From: a virus
Virus record (IMG/VR): IMGVR_UViG_3300045988_132849
Coordinates: 76,252-140,251 of that record
Strand: one strand, 5' to 3'
DNA length: 64,000 bases
In this document: positions 1-8,637 of the stretch, one piece after another
Layout: every line of letters starts with the position of its first letter
Position numbering within the stretch: the stretch's first letter is position 1
Notes under the pieces: generated by a model
Told to the model about the DNA's origin: nothing
Database searches by the model: none
What the model saw: only the letters and a program-made list of their open reading frames with translations
Position numbers and translations under genes: made by a program

Positions 1-2
1 AA

Positions 3-224
3 GCGTTTGCCATTGTAGAAAATGGTAATTATATTATCTATGCAGATTGTAACAGTATGAAAGATTTAGCTTATCGTTATGTAGAAGATACTGGACTACT
101 TGAAAATATTCCAACAAACGTATCAGATTATTTTGATTATGAAAAATATGGACGTGAAATGAATATGTATGGTTGGTATGTTGATTCTAAAGCATTCAAC
201 GGCTACATTTCAATTTTAAATTAA
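3..224 (+). CDS. 3' end of a CDS entering from upstream; C-terminal region resembles ArdA-type antirestriction (DNA-mimic) proteins
   Basis: Open frame from window edge to TAA at 222-224. Translation ...NVSDYFDYEKYGREMNMYGWYVDSKAFNGYISILN recalls the ArdA C-terminal YFDYEAxGRDL-type motif (from memory only). Confidence 0.35.
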   Translation, partial: AFAIVENGNYIIYADCNSMKDLAYRYVEDTGLLENIPTNVSDYFDYEKYGREMNMYGWYVDSKAFNGYISILN

Positions 225-243
225 ATAAAAGGAGTGTTTTAAA

Positions 244-612
244 ATGAAACAATATTTATATATAGATATATACGACGATAACACAATCAAAGTGCTGACG
301 GTTGGCAAACTGTTAGCACTTTTTAATAAAGAAGTAGACAGACAAAAGAAAAACGCAGAGTTCTTCAATAAATCCGTTAAAATCCCGGCACTTGAAGAAT
401 TCATCGAAACTTTTGATTCTTTCAATCCATCGGCAGAAGGTATTAAAGCGGTATGCAATTTAAGTCCTTTAGCCCGTAAATGGTGCTTACAGCAAGCGGT
501 AAAGTGTTTTGAAGATATGCCGTGGGTAGACACATTCAACGAACTAAAAAACGTATACTATGAAAAAGTTGACAATTTAAATGATACTATTGATTTTTCA
601 GAATTTTATTAA
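244..612 (+). CDS. hypothetical protein (122 aa)
   Basis: ORF with RBS AAAGGAG 8 nt upstream of ATG. Confidence 0.5.
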   Translation: MKQYLYIDIYDDNTIKVLTVGKLLALFNKEVDRQKKNAEFFNKSVKIPALEEFIETFDSFNPSAEGIKAVCNLSPLARKWCLQQAVKCFEDMPWVDTFNELKNVYYEKVDNLNDTIDFSEFY

Positions 613-694
613 GAAAGTATTAAGCATGAAACATTGGAAAATTTAGCCAAAATTATTAACCTACAACAATTTTTATAAGAAGGGGAGAAAACCG

Positions 695-1318
695 ATGAAC
701 AACAAGACAATCAAAAACAAAAAAGTAGTAACTATCGTAGCCGTAGCATTTTTAATTGCTATGGCTTTTTTAATCTTAACAAGCCCCACAAAGCAAGTTG
801 ATGCAAGCACCAGTGGGAAATATCGTACAATTAACGGATTTTTCAATACTGACGGCACAGTTGATACTACAGATGGCATGGCATGGAAAGTCCGAAAAGC
901 TTCTTACGCTTACCCTAACGCAACAAAAGTGATAGTTAAATTTGACACTTGCGGAACAAAAAATAAACTTGATGACAAAATTGTATCTATCAAGGCACAA
1001 AGCAAAAATTTACAGCTCATTAACAATTACTTAGTAAAAAATTACGACCTTAGAGCGTTCAGGGTTAAATATATTAAAAGTAATAAGTTAACGGAAAAAA
1101 TGATTGCTAATCGTGCCATAAACCACACAATCTATATAGAAATTATCAAAAGTGTTTCTAAAGGCGGAAAACGTGGGCTGATTGATGGAAAATACACGAT
1201 TGCTTATAACAAATCTGTTAAAAAAGGCAAAAAGGTCACATCTTATAACATCTGGAATCCAGACAATGCCTATGTTGACGATGTAATTGCGGTAGTTGAC
1301 AACAGAAAAATCAGATAG
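695..1318 (+). CDS. hypothetical exported/membrane-anchored protein (207 aa)
   Basis: RBS GGGGAG; N-terminal hydrophobic segment VVTIVAVAFLIAMAFLIL then a Lys-rich soluble domain. Confidence 0.55.
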   Translation: MNNKTIKNKKVVTIVAVAFLIAMAFLILTSPTKQVDASTSGKYRTINGFFNTDGTVDTTDGMAWKVRKASYAYPNATKVIVKFDTCGTKNKLDDKIVSIKAQSKNLQLINNYLVKNYDLRAFRVKYIKSNKLTEKMIANRAINHTIYIEIIKSVSKGGKRGLIDGKYTIAYNKSVKKGKKVTSYNIWNPDNAYVDDVIAVVDNRKIR

Positions 1319-1411
1319 TTTTATAAGTCGAATATTATAGACAAGTCAAAAACATGGCTTGTCTATTTTATTGAACTTATAAATCGAATAAAGTCCCGTA
1401 AAGGGCAGAAA

Positions 1412-1636
1412 GTGAGTGGAAGAAGAATGAAAAACAAAACACAATTACATAAACCGACATTAACAGACATAGTTGTTGTATTCGTAGGAATTGCAATGGC
1501 TATTGTTACGTTTATAAGAATCCCGTTTGCATTTATCTTAGGCTTTATCATACTAATGTTGGTAGCGACTTATCTATTAGCTTGTATGGGATTATTTGAT
1601 GATGAAACGGAAACAGACAACGGAAAAATCAGATAG
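1412..1636 (+). CDS. small membrane protein (74 aa)
   Basis: Two hydrophobic helices (IVVVFVGIAMAIVTF... ILGFIILMLVATYLLA). Confidence 0.4.
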   Translation: MSGRRMKNKTQLHKPTLTDIVVVFVGIAMAIVTFIRIPFAFILGFIILMLVATYLLACMGLFDDETETDNGKIR

Positions 1637-1652
1637 AAAGAAGGTGAAAGAA

Positions 1653-1868
1653 ATGAATCATCGTGTAACGTATCTTATCTATTATGAAGATAAGAATGGG
1701 TATAGGGATAGCTATGAAGTTTACGGGTATGAACAACTTAGAGAAGCTATGAAGTGGTTACATAGTGATGAGATTAAAGCAACTGATATATCAATCTATA
1801 AGCATGGAAAGGATTTTGAAAATAATTCTGATGACATTATAGAAGTATATAAAAATTGGTGGAAATAA
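1653..1868 (+). CDS. hypothetical protein (71 aa)
   Basis: ATG at 1653 preceded by AAGGTGAAAG RBS; the track ORF starts earlier at a non-ATG codon. Confidence 0.5.
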   Translation: MNHRVTYLIYYEDKNGYRDSYEVYGYEQLREAMKWLHSDEIKATDISIYKHGKDFENNSDDIIEVYKNWWK

Positions 1869-1885
1869 CCAGGAGGAACGATAGA

Positions 1886-2158
1886 ATGGAAATTTTAAAG
1901 ATGACAGAACGCAAAACAGTAGTAATTCAGACAATTGAGAAGGAAGAACGAAATACTTTTGATATTGGAAAAATCAAAGTATCTGCCTTGCCACCGATTG
2001 CAAAACGTGATCTTATCGCAGAACTTAAATGCAAGGGCTTCTGCGATGGAATGATTCACACGGCATTGCAATGTAGACTGGAAGATCTAAAGGACTATGT
2101 GAACGTATGGAAGTATGTGGCGTACATCTTAGCGGTAGAACTGATGGAAAGATTATAA
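1886..2158 (+). CDS. hypothetical protein (90 aa)
   Basis: AGGAGGAACGATAGA-ATG; start chosen at RBS-spaced ATG. Confidence 0.5.
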   Translation: MEILKMTERKTVVIQTIEKEERNTFDIGKIKVSALPPIAKRDLIAELKCKGFCDGMIHTALQCRLEDLKDYVNVWKYVAYILAVELMERL

Positions 2159-2175
2159 GAAGGGAGTTGGAAATT

Positions 2176-2364
2176 ATGATAACAAGAAATACATATCCTG
2201 ACGGTAGAACGGAAATTTTCTGTAACACGCCTGATGAGTATAACGACTTATGTTGTAAATACGATCTTGAAGATTGCGGTAACAGTGGAAAATACGTTGG
2301 ATCTAGTTGGAGCCGTGATGATAAGAACAACGTAGATGTTTATTTTAAATATAAAGAAGAATAG
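2176..2364 (+). CDS. hypothetical protein (62 aa)
   Basis: AAGGGAG RBS, ATG 2176. Confidence 0.45.
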   Translation: MITRNTYPDGRTEIFCNTPDEYNDLCCKYDLEDCGNSGKYVGSSWSRDDKNNVDVYFKYKEE

Positions 2365-2380
2365 AAAGTAGGTGGAAAGA

Positions 2381-2635
2381 ATGAGTCGCAGAACGACAAT
2401 GACAGCACTTGTGTGCCACGTAGAACGCAAGTATAACACGTTATACTTTACGGAAAATCCGCCAAACGCTGGAATTGACGATGATTTGTTTGGCTACAAA
2501 TATTTCTTGCTATTCAAGAACACGTTCGGAATTTTTCGGAAATACAGAACGCAAGAAGAAGCAGTCAACGACATGACGGAAATTTTAAAAGAAGATCCAG
2601 CTAATCTATTCAACTTCTCTGTATGCCGTACATAG
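2381..2635 (+). CDS. hypothetical protein (84 aa)
   Basis: AGGTGGAAAGA-ATG. Confidence 0.45.
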   Translation: MSRRTTMTALVCHVERKYNTLYFTENPPNAGIDDDLFGYKYFLLFKNTFGIFRKYRTQEEAVNDMTEILKEDPANLFNFSVCRT

Positions 2636-2692
2636 TTTATTACATAGCCAATTAAAGGCTTTTACTGTCTGTAATGAAGCAGACTACACCAT

Positions 2693-2795
2693 AACGGAAA
2701 GACTCGACTATTGAAGCTAATAGTTACTTTATATGAACGGAAAGACTGTACTACTGGTTGATGGTAGTGACGTATTGGAACGGAAAAACGGTGGC
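2693..2795. repeat. Three AACGGAAA-core direct repeats with exact 43-bp periodicity (2693, 2736, 2779); the first two share an ~21-bp unit AACGGAAAGACTnnACTAnTG
   Basis: Read directly: aacggaaagactcgactattg / aacggaaagactgtactactg / aacggaaaaacgg. The same TTAACGGAAA core recurs at 4214 and 4604 in intergenic DNA. Confidence 0.5.
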
Positions 2796-2837
2796 GTATG
2801 GTAATTTGTGATAGGTTCGATTCCTATCCCGTCACTT
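2767..2837 (+). other. tRNA-like remnant: perfect T-arm (ATAGG-TTCGATT-CCTAT) and a 6-bp acceptor-like pairing (GTGACG/CGTCAC), but no credible D or anticodon arms
   Basis: Sequence inspection. Shares a GTGGCGTATGGTA box with a second T-arm-bearing element at 3551-3612 (GGCGG-TTCAATT-CCGCC). Confidence 0.25.
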
Positions 2838-2883
2838 TATGGAAAATATAAATCAAAAGAATAAAGAAAGAAGGTACTTAATT

Positions 2884-3543
2884 ATGGGAAATCGTGCAAT
2901 TATTAAAGGAAAGAACCATGCGTTAGGCGTATATGTGCATTGGAATGGTGGTTATGATTCTGTAAATGCTTTTTGTACATATTGTAAATTAAAAGGATAC
3001 AGAAGTCCAGAAACTGATAGCTACGGAATTGCTAGGCTTGCACAAGTGATTGGAAATTTCTTTGGCGGTAATGTTTCAGTAGGAATTGAGATCGTTGACA
3101 ATAATCCGACACCCAAACAAGTTGAGGAATTATGGCTTGATAATGGAATCTATGAGATTGAAGGTTGGAAAATTGTTAACCATATGAATCCTGATATAGT
3201 TATCAAAGAAGATCATGAGGAATATGACTTAATGGAATTTTTAGAAACCATTGACGAAAATATGCCGACTAAAGAACAGTTAGGAAAAGAATTCTTACAT
3301 TCAGAAGAAATGAACGTCACGGATTTAAAAGTCGGTGACGTTGTTTATTATTGGAATGAATTGTATGGAAAATATGAAAGACATACCGTTATAGGAATTG
3401 CAGAAGGCGAAACCATTAGAAACGGACATAATATGGATGGAATTCCATATATTGATTTATACGAAAATAATGGATCATATGATGGAAATCCTAACAATTA
3501 CTTAGCTTATCAGAAAACAATTAGAGTATGTAAAGAAAAGTAA
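2884..3543 (+). CDS. hypothetical protein (219 aa)
   Basis: GAAAGAAGG RBS then ATG 2884; long uninterrupted ORF. Confidence 0.55.
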   Translation: MGNRAIIKGKNHALGVYVHWNGGYDSVNAFCTYCKLKGYRSPETDSYGIARLAQVIGNFFGGNVSVGIEIVDNNPTPKQVEELWLDNGIYEIEGWKIVNHMNPDIVIKEDHEEYDLMEFLETIDENMPTKEQLGKEFLHSEEMNVTDLKVGDVVYYWNELYGKYERHTVIGIAEGETIRNGHNMDGIPYIDLYENNGSYDGNPNNYLAYQKTIRVCKEK

Positions 3544-3661
3544 TTTATAGTGGCGTATGGTAGATAAAAGAGTGCTTTTATCGGGCGGTTCAATTCCGCC
3601 CTCGCTACTTTTCACGATGGAAATTATCGTGTATAATAAACGAGAACAGTTAACTTAAAAT

Positions 3662-3677
3662 CTGATCTTAAGATCAG
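3662..3677. promoter_or_regulatory. Perfect 16-bp palindrome CTGATCTTAAGATCAG just upstream of the 3705 gene; a further inverted repeat CACGAT-N7-ATCGTG lies at 3613-3631
   Basis: Read directly from sequence. Confidence 0.3.
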
Positions 3678-3704
3678 TCGCCAAAGAAAGGAATAGTGAA
3701 AAAT

Positions 3705-4193
3705 ATGATTCTAGAGTTTAGAAGAGTTCCCGATATAGATCCGAATTTTACCAAATTGACTTATCGTGGATACACAATGCCATTAAAGAAAGGTCATTGG
3801 TATTATGGACAAGATCTTGAAACTGGAAATCTTTGTGTTACGAATGGTTTTGAATGTGGTGGACGTACTCAAATATTTATTCAGTATGAGAAATGGAAAA
3901 AATATACAGAAGAATGGCTGAGTTTGTATGATGATAACGGAAATCAGCAAATAACAATCGCAGAACCAGATTTAACTAATATCATGACAGATATTAAGGA
4001 TAATATATCTCATAGTATGGATATTGATGATTGGTGTATTGGAAATGGATATGATGCAGAATATCTTAGACAAACCAAAAAAGAAAACCTTGAAGCATTG
4101 GAAAAAGATTATCAATATTATTTATACATGGGTTGGAAGTATCCTTACTTTGTAAGAAAAATTGCAGAAAAATGTATGGGGAAGAATATTTAA
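3705..4193 (+). CDS. hypothetical protein (162 aa)
   Basis: AAAGGAA RBS, ATG 3705. Confidence 0.55.
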   Translation: MILEFRRVPDIDPNFTKLTYRGYTMPLKKGHWYYGQDLETGNLCVTNGFECGGRTQIFIQYEKWKKYTEEWLSLYDDNGNQQITIAEPDLTNIMTDIKDNISHSMDIDDWCIGNGYDAEYLRQTKKENLEALEKDYQYYLYMGWKYPYFVRKIAEKCMGKNI

Positions 4194-4244
4194 TTAGCTA
4201 TTGTTTATAGCTTAACGGAAAATTAAATAAGAACAAAGTAATCT

Positions 4245-4276
4245 AGGAAGATGCAGAAATGTATCTTCCTTTTTTA
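4245..4276 (+). terminator. Rho-independent terminator (AGGAAGAT...ATCTTCCT + T6)
   Basis: 8-bp stem followed by TTTTTT. Confidence 0.55.
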
Positions 4277-4301
4277 ATGGAAAGAAATGAGGTAAGAATG
4301 A

Positions 4302-4589
4302 ATGAAAGTTAGTAAAGAAGAATATGAAAGATTAGACTTTGAAGATTTTGTGGAAAAATTAAAACCACAATGCAGCACATTATGTAGCTTAGAAGATATG
4401 AAGAACGCTTGCGTTGATGCGGTTAATGTAATGGAAGTTAGCCTTGCAATTCATATCCTGGAGCCGATTGAAGAATACGGAGTATGGTATTACGACTACG
4501 ATAGAGAAAAGGGTATGCAGTATGTACCGCAGCCATTATCACAGAAAGAGGATCTTGTAAAGGCTGGATACTTAGAATTAGTCGGATAA
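4302..4589 (+). CDS. hypothetical protein (95 aa)
   Basis: ORF with GAGG RBS. Confidence 0.5.
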   Translation: MKVSKEEYERLDFEDFVEKLKPQCSTLCSLEDMKNACVDAVNVMEVSLAIHILEPIEEYGVWYYDYDREKGMQYVPQPLSQKEDLVKAGYLELVG

Positions 4590-4625
4590 TAAAATGCAGA
4601 TTTAACGGAAAGTGAGAAATAGATT

Positions 4626-4958
4626 ATGTTAGATTTTACAAAAATTACATTTAACGAATTGGATGTTACAGATAAACCTTATCAGGTATTTTATGGTTAC
4701 GAGTTAGATCAAAACGGAATTGATGATTTACTAAGAATATATGCAGATGATAAAGATATTCCAGAAGATGCTATTGTTCAAAATATTGAACTATGCTTGA
4801 CGTGTTATTCAAGACATGATTATAAATTAGAAGCATGTTGTACAGATATAAACAATAAGCAATATTGGATTGAATTGAGTTTTCGGCTTACAAATTGTGA
4901 TGAATTTATTGAGATAATACCTGAATGTGAAAGAATAAAAATCAAAAAGAGTTTATAG
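4626..4958 (+). CDS. hypothetical protein (110 aa)
   Basis: ORF, GAGAAA RBS. Confidence 0.5.
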   Translation: MLDFTKITFNELDVTDKPYQVFYGYELDQNGIDDLLRIYADDKDIPEDAIVQNIELCLTCYSRHDYKLEACCTDINNKQYWIELSFRLTNCDEFIEIIPECERIKIKKSL

Positions 4959-4979
4959 AAGAATAGGAGAATGGAAATT

Positions 4980-5420
4980 ATGAACAAATATAGAGATTAT
5001 TATAGTGCAATCGTGAAAACAGAGAACGGACTGGATATTGATGTAGTGGAATTAGTTAACTGTGAGCTAGAACAACAGCAAGGTGGAAAACAGCCGATTG
5101 TCGGAATGATTGCAAGTGACATTATTAATGAATTTAAGAAACATAAATTTACATGGCGTGACGTTGTAGAAATTAACGGAAAATGCTATGCAGAAGAATT
5201 TAGTATTAGCGGTATCATGGAAAACCCCCCTGATGCGTATATACTTGATGATTTTTACACAGCGGTTGCAGAAAAGCATAACGTAGATACTACAAAAGAT
5301 GAAATCAAAACTTACATGATGGATAATATCGACTTTAATCCTACGGAATTAGAGTTTGGGGCAGAAGATTGCGGATGTTACATTGACGGAGAACCAGAAT
5401 GGTTTGACGTAGAAGAATAG
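4980..5420 (+). CDS. hypothetical acidic protein (146 aa)
   Basis: Conserved start block AGGAGAATGGAAATT-ATG; the second ATG is chosen because its RBS spacing is better. Confidence 0.5.
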   Translation: MNKYRDYYSAIVKTENGLDIDVVELVNCELEQQQGGKQPIVGMIASDIINEFKKHKFTWRDVVEINGKCYAEEFSISGIMENPPDAYILDDFYTAVAEKHNVDTTKDEIKTYMMDNIDFNPTELEFGAEDCGCYIDGEPEWFDVEE

Positions 5421-5431
5421 AGGTGGAAATT

Positions 5432-5815
5432 ATGAATAAAAAAGAGCTAAAAGCAAGATTAAAACATGGAGAATGCCTTGAAGAAATTTTTGATTTTACT
5501 AATGGTCAAGAGTGTTTGATTTATAAAGGAGAATTTGAAATATCTGATAATATCATCTACGTTCCAGACATTTATCTGAATGAATTAAATATAAATACTG
5601 CAACAACAGATGAAGAATTAAATGATATTTTAAAAAATTGTTATACAGGAAATGATTTCTTAAAAGAATGCAATGGCAATGTACAACTCGCAAAAGCATT
5701 ATTTGGGTTTGTCGATTGGCAACATCCAAACACCCAGGATCTCACTGATTGTTATGATGAAGAAGAATTTTACGATGAATATGGAATTCATTTTGATGAT
5801 TTAGGTAATGATTAG
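5432..5815 (+). CDS. hypothetical acidic protein (127 aa)
   Basis: AGGTGGAAATT-ATG start block. Confidence 0.5.
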   Translation: MNKKELKARLKHGECLEEIFDFTNGQECLIYKGEFEISDNIIYVPDIYLNELNINTATTDEELNDILKNCYTGNDFLKECNGNVQLAKALFGFVDWQHPNTQDLTDCYDEEEFYDEYGIHFDDLGND

Positions 5816-5899
5816 ATGTTGAGATGAAGAGAATTCGAGCTTGTTGAAAAACTATAAATCATGAAAGAAAAGTTTTATCGCAGAATAGGAGTGGAAATT

Positions 5900-6073
5900 A
5901 TGATGATTTATGAATTAGAAAGACCAGATATTGATTGTATTATTGATTGTTGTGAGAAATTAGAAGCAGAAGAAAAATTAAAAGTTCTTTATTTTGGAGA
6001 AAAGCCAATCTTATATTATACATCCACAAAGATGTGGATTATTGCAGAGCAACCGATGAGTTTAATTTGGTAA
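5900..6073 (+). CDS. hypothetical small protein (57 aa; may start at 5861)
   Basis: GGAGTGGAAATT-ATG start block, the same block used by the two preceding genes. Confidence 0.4.
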   Translation: MMIYELERPDIDCIIDCCEKLEAEEKLKVLYFGEKPILYYTSTKMWIIAEQPMSLIW

Positions 6074-6213
6074 CTTGTTCTACTTACAAAGACGGAAAAA
6101 TCGTAGATAGTACGGATGATATTCATGTTACCGACGGTTCATTATACAGAGAACTCGATCGAATTTATCACAATGATTTTAGAAAGTTTATTTAAAAATA
6201 GGAGAGTAAGATT

Positions 6214-6408
6214 ATGAATACAGAAACAAAACAAGAAATTATCGGAATTGTTATGTGCCACGGAGAGAATGATTATGGATACTGGGGAGGCTTTTCCTTG
6301 ACAGAGGAAGAGGAAGAACAGATTTATGAGATTCTGATGAGGCATGACACAGAAGGATGCTCTATTAGAGGAACAAGAAACGACATTGCAAACGAGATTA
6401 AGGAATAG
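6214..6408 (+). CDS. hypothetical protein (64 aa)
   Basis: AGGAGAG RBS. Confidence 0.5.
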   Translation: MNTETKQEIIGIVMCHGENDYGYWGGFSLTEEEEEQIYEILMRHDTEGCSIRGTRNDIANEIKE

Positions 6409-6422
6409 GAGAGTGATTAGTT

Positions 6423-6656
6423 ATGGAAAATAATGAAGTAAAAAGAATCGCAAACATCTTATTTAATATGTCTTTGGGAATGGACTATGACACGTTTGTA
6501 GATGATTATAAAGAAGATATGGAAATGTTAACTGAAAGCGTTGGGAAATTATCTAAGGTAGATGATCCACTGTATTATGTGTTACAGAATGTCGCAGGCA
6601 ACAACGAAGAAATGGGAAATAAGTTTGTCAATGCAGATGGATCTATTTGTAGATAG
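6423..6656 (+). CDS. hypothetical protein (77 aa)
   Basis: AGGAGAG RBS. Confidence 0.5.
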   Translation: MENNEVKRIANILFNMSLGMDYDTFVDDYKEDMEMLTESVGKLSKVDDPLYYVLQNVAGNNEEMGNKFVNADGSICR

Positions 6657-6668
6657 GAGATGGAAACT

Positions 6669-6950
6669 ATGAATGATAAAAAATATGATACAGAAATGAT
6701 GATGGCAATATGCCAAGAGTATGAAGATGCTTCTAAAGATTTATCTAGCCTGACGAAAACATTAGCAATTGTTCATATGAAGTTGGTTCAGGCAGAAAGC
6801 TATACGCAAGAAATCTCATTCAAACAGTATAAAAGACTGAAAGAAGAGGTAAAAGAATTAACAACAGCAGTACATGATGCAACTATTATGCTCAATGTTT
6901 GGGGTAAAGCACGAGAAGTTTGTATGGAATTTATAGATGATGAAAATTAA
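6669..6950 (+). CDS. hypothetical protein (93 aa)
   Basis: TAGGAGA RBS; second ATG chosen. Confidence 0.45.
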   Translation: MNDKKYDTEMMMAICQEYEDASKDLSSLTKTLAIVHMKLVQAESYTQEISFKQYKRLKEEVKELTTAVHDATIMLNVWGKAREVCMEFIDDEN

Positions 6951-6999
6951 ATGTCAATTTTATTAAAATAATATTGTGTAAAAAGTGTGTAAAATATTA

Positions 7000-7027
7000 T
7001 TGACATTGTGTAGATATTGTGTATAAT
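7000..7027 (+). promoter_or_regulatory. Strong sigma-A-type promoter for hicAB (TTGACA-N16-TGTATAAT), embedded in ATATTGTGTA direct repeats that look like operators
   Basis: TTGACA at 7000-7005 and TATAAT at 7022-7027 with TG just upstream. ATTGTGTA repeats at 6972, 7007 and 7015. Confidence 0.55.
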
Positions 7028-7052
7028 ATAAGTAAGTAAAGGAGACAATACA

Positions 7053-7226
7053 ATGAAGCAGAAAGATTTAATCAAGAAGCTCAAAGCAGGCGGATTTGTC
7101 TTTGACAGACATGGCGGTAACCATGATATCTACATCAAAGGAAACAAAGTTGAATCAGTTCCACGGCACAAGGAAGTTGATGAAAGACTTGCTAAAGAGA
7201 TTCTAAGAAGGAACGGGCTGTTATAA
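7053..7226 (+). CDS. hicA: HicA-family toxin (mRNA interferase), 57 aa; absent from the ORF track because it is under 60 aa
   Basis: MKQKDLIKKLKAGGFVFDRHGGNHDIYIKGNKVESVPRHKEVDERLAKEILRRNGLL matches the HicA/YcfA pattern (l..L.k.Gw...r.kGSHh.f..p....vtvP.H). Confidence 0.75.
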   Translation: MKQKDLIKKLKAGGFVFDRHGGNHDIYIKGNKVESVPRHKEVDERLAKEILRRNGLL

Positions 7227-7284
7227 TACAGCCTGCCCTTGGAAAATCTTGTTTGCAATCATATATAAGAATAGAGGTGAAAAT

Positions 7285-7719
7285 ATGAAAGCAGTATATC
7301 CTGTACTATTTACAAAAACCGATGACGGAAAATATTTAATTGAGGCACCAGATTTAAATGTATTAACGGAAGGAAAAGATATGTCGGATGCTATTAAAAT
7401 GGCACGAGACGCAATGGAATTAACTTGTGTTTCTATGGAAGATAGAGAGGTGGAAATTCCTAAACCAACAAATATTACAGATATCGATATTGCGAAAAGT
7501 ACATTTTTTGATGAAGGAGAAACTATTATTTCATTGGTTGATATTGATTCAACAGAATATCGAAGAAAAATTGATACAAAATCTGTAAGAAGAAATGTTG
7601 CATTACCTAGTTGGTTAAATTATGAAGCAGAACATTCTGGAATTAATGTTTCTAAAGTGTTACAAGATGCACTTATTCAAGTATTGAATGTTACTGATAG
7701 ACCAAATTATAATAAATAG
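7285..7719 (+). CDS. hicB: HicB-family antitoxin (144 aa)
   Basis: N-terminus MKAVYPVLFTKTDDGKYLIEAPDLNVLTEGKDMSDAIKMARDAMEL fits the HicB/UPF0150 fold motif; C-terminal RHH-like segment; sits immediately downstream of hicA. Confidence 0.75.
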   Translation: MKAVYPVLFTKTDDGKYLIEAPDLNVLTEGKDMSDAIKMARDAMELTCVSMEDREVEIPKPTNITDIDIAKSTFFDEGETIISLVDIDSTEYRRKIDTKSVRRNVALPSWLNYEAEHSGINVSKVLQDALIQVLNVTDRPNYNK

Positions 7720-7748
7720 TATATATAAAAACGATTAATTTATTGTCA

Positions 7749-7778
7749 ATAGGCACTTTTAATAGTGCCTATTTTTTA
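7749..7778 (+). terminator. Rho-independent terminator (ATAGGCACT...AGTGCCTAT + T6)
   Basis: 9-bp perfect stem and T-run. Confidence 0.6.
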
Positions 7779-7796
7779 GCAAAGGAGAGTAAAATT

Positions 7797-7967
7797 ATGC
7801 CATTGGTTTTATTATTAATAATTATATTTATCGTTCCAGAGGATAGTTTGGAATATATGTTAGGAGCTATCTTAGGTGGTGGCTATGGAATTTTAATGGT
7901 TATAGCATTTGTTGCTATTCTGTATGGAATTTATAAGTTCTTTTCCGATCTTTGGAACGGAAGATAG
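7797..7967 (+). CDS. small membrane protein (56 aa)
   Basis: AAAGGAGAG RBS; two hydrophobic helices. Confidence 0.45.
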   Translation: MPLVLLLIIIFIVPEDSLEYMLGAILGGGYGILMVIAFVAILYGIYKFFSDLWNGR

Positions 7968-8019
7968 AATGGAAAATATCATTTGATAAAGCAGATTATA
8001 TATGGAAGGAGTGACGGAC

Positions 8020-8544
8020 ATGAATAAATTCAAGCATTATGGAAAAGACGTATGGAGACAAGCATCTTCTATAAGAAATTGGGTAAAGGAACTAAAAGAA
8101 AGCGGATTAGAATATACGGCACTTCCAGACCTAGAACATGAAGTATACAAATACATTAAGGATGGAAACGAAAGATATGCTTTAGTTTATTATCCTGATG
8201 TACCTGAAGAAGCTTTACAAGAAGTGTACATAATAGAAAAGATTCCTGATGATCTTAGCTGGGATAACATAATAGAAGATTATAGACAGCAAAGTAGAGG
8301 ATATGATCCGATGAAGCTGCCAACACGAGCTAGACTACTATATGATGAAGCATTTCACAGAGCTTATGAATGGGAAAAAGAAGATAATCCAGACTTCGCT
8401 AAAAATTTTTGGCATAGACCTGCGGGATATGTTGATCCCGAACAATTCAAATTGGCTATTATGTCATTAGGAACTAGCATTGAAGAACTAAGGGAAATGG
8501 ATCATTCCGATACGCCAGAAATTGATGAACTAGAATTAGAGTGA
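8020..8544 (+). CDS. hypothetical protein (174 aa)
   Basis: GGAAGGAG RBS + ATG 8020. Confidence 0.5.
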   Translation: MNKFKHYGKDVWRQASSIRNWVKELKESGLEYTALPDLEHEVYKYIKDGNERYALVYYPDVPEEALQEVYIIEKIPDDLSWDNIIEDYRQQSRGYDPMKLPTRARLLYDEAFHRAYEWEKEDNPDFAKNFWHRPAGYVDPEQFKLAIMSLGTSIEELREMDHSDTPEIDELELE

Positions 8545-8567
8545 ATACAAATTAATATAGGTAACTA

Positions 8568-8601
8568 GGACACTTATGGAAAATTCCAGAGTGTCTTTTT
8601 T
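8568..8601 (+). terminator. Rho-independent terminator (GACACT...AGTGTC + T6)
   Basis: Stem-loop then TTTTTT. Confidence 0.5.
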
Positions 8602-8637
8602 AATACAAATTTTTACATAAGAAAGGTGGAATTAATT

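Noticed and set aside
2767-2837. Possible intact tRNA gene (and a second at 3551-3612)
   Set aside because: Only the T-arm and part of the acceptor stem can be folded. D and anticodon arms are not formable, so these are called tRNA-like remnants rather than tRNA genes.
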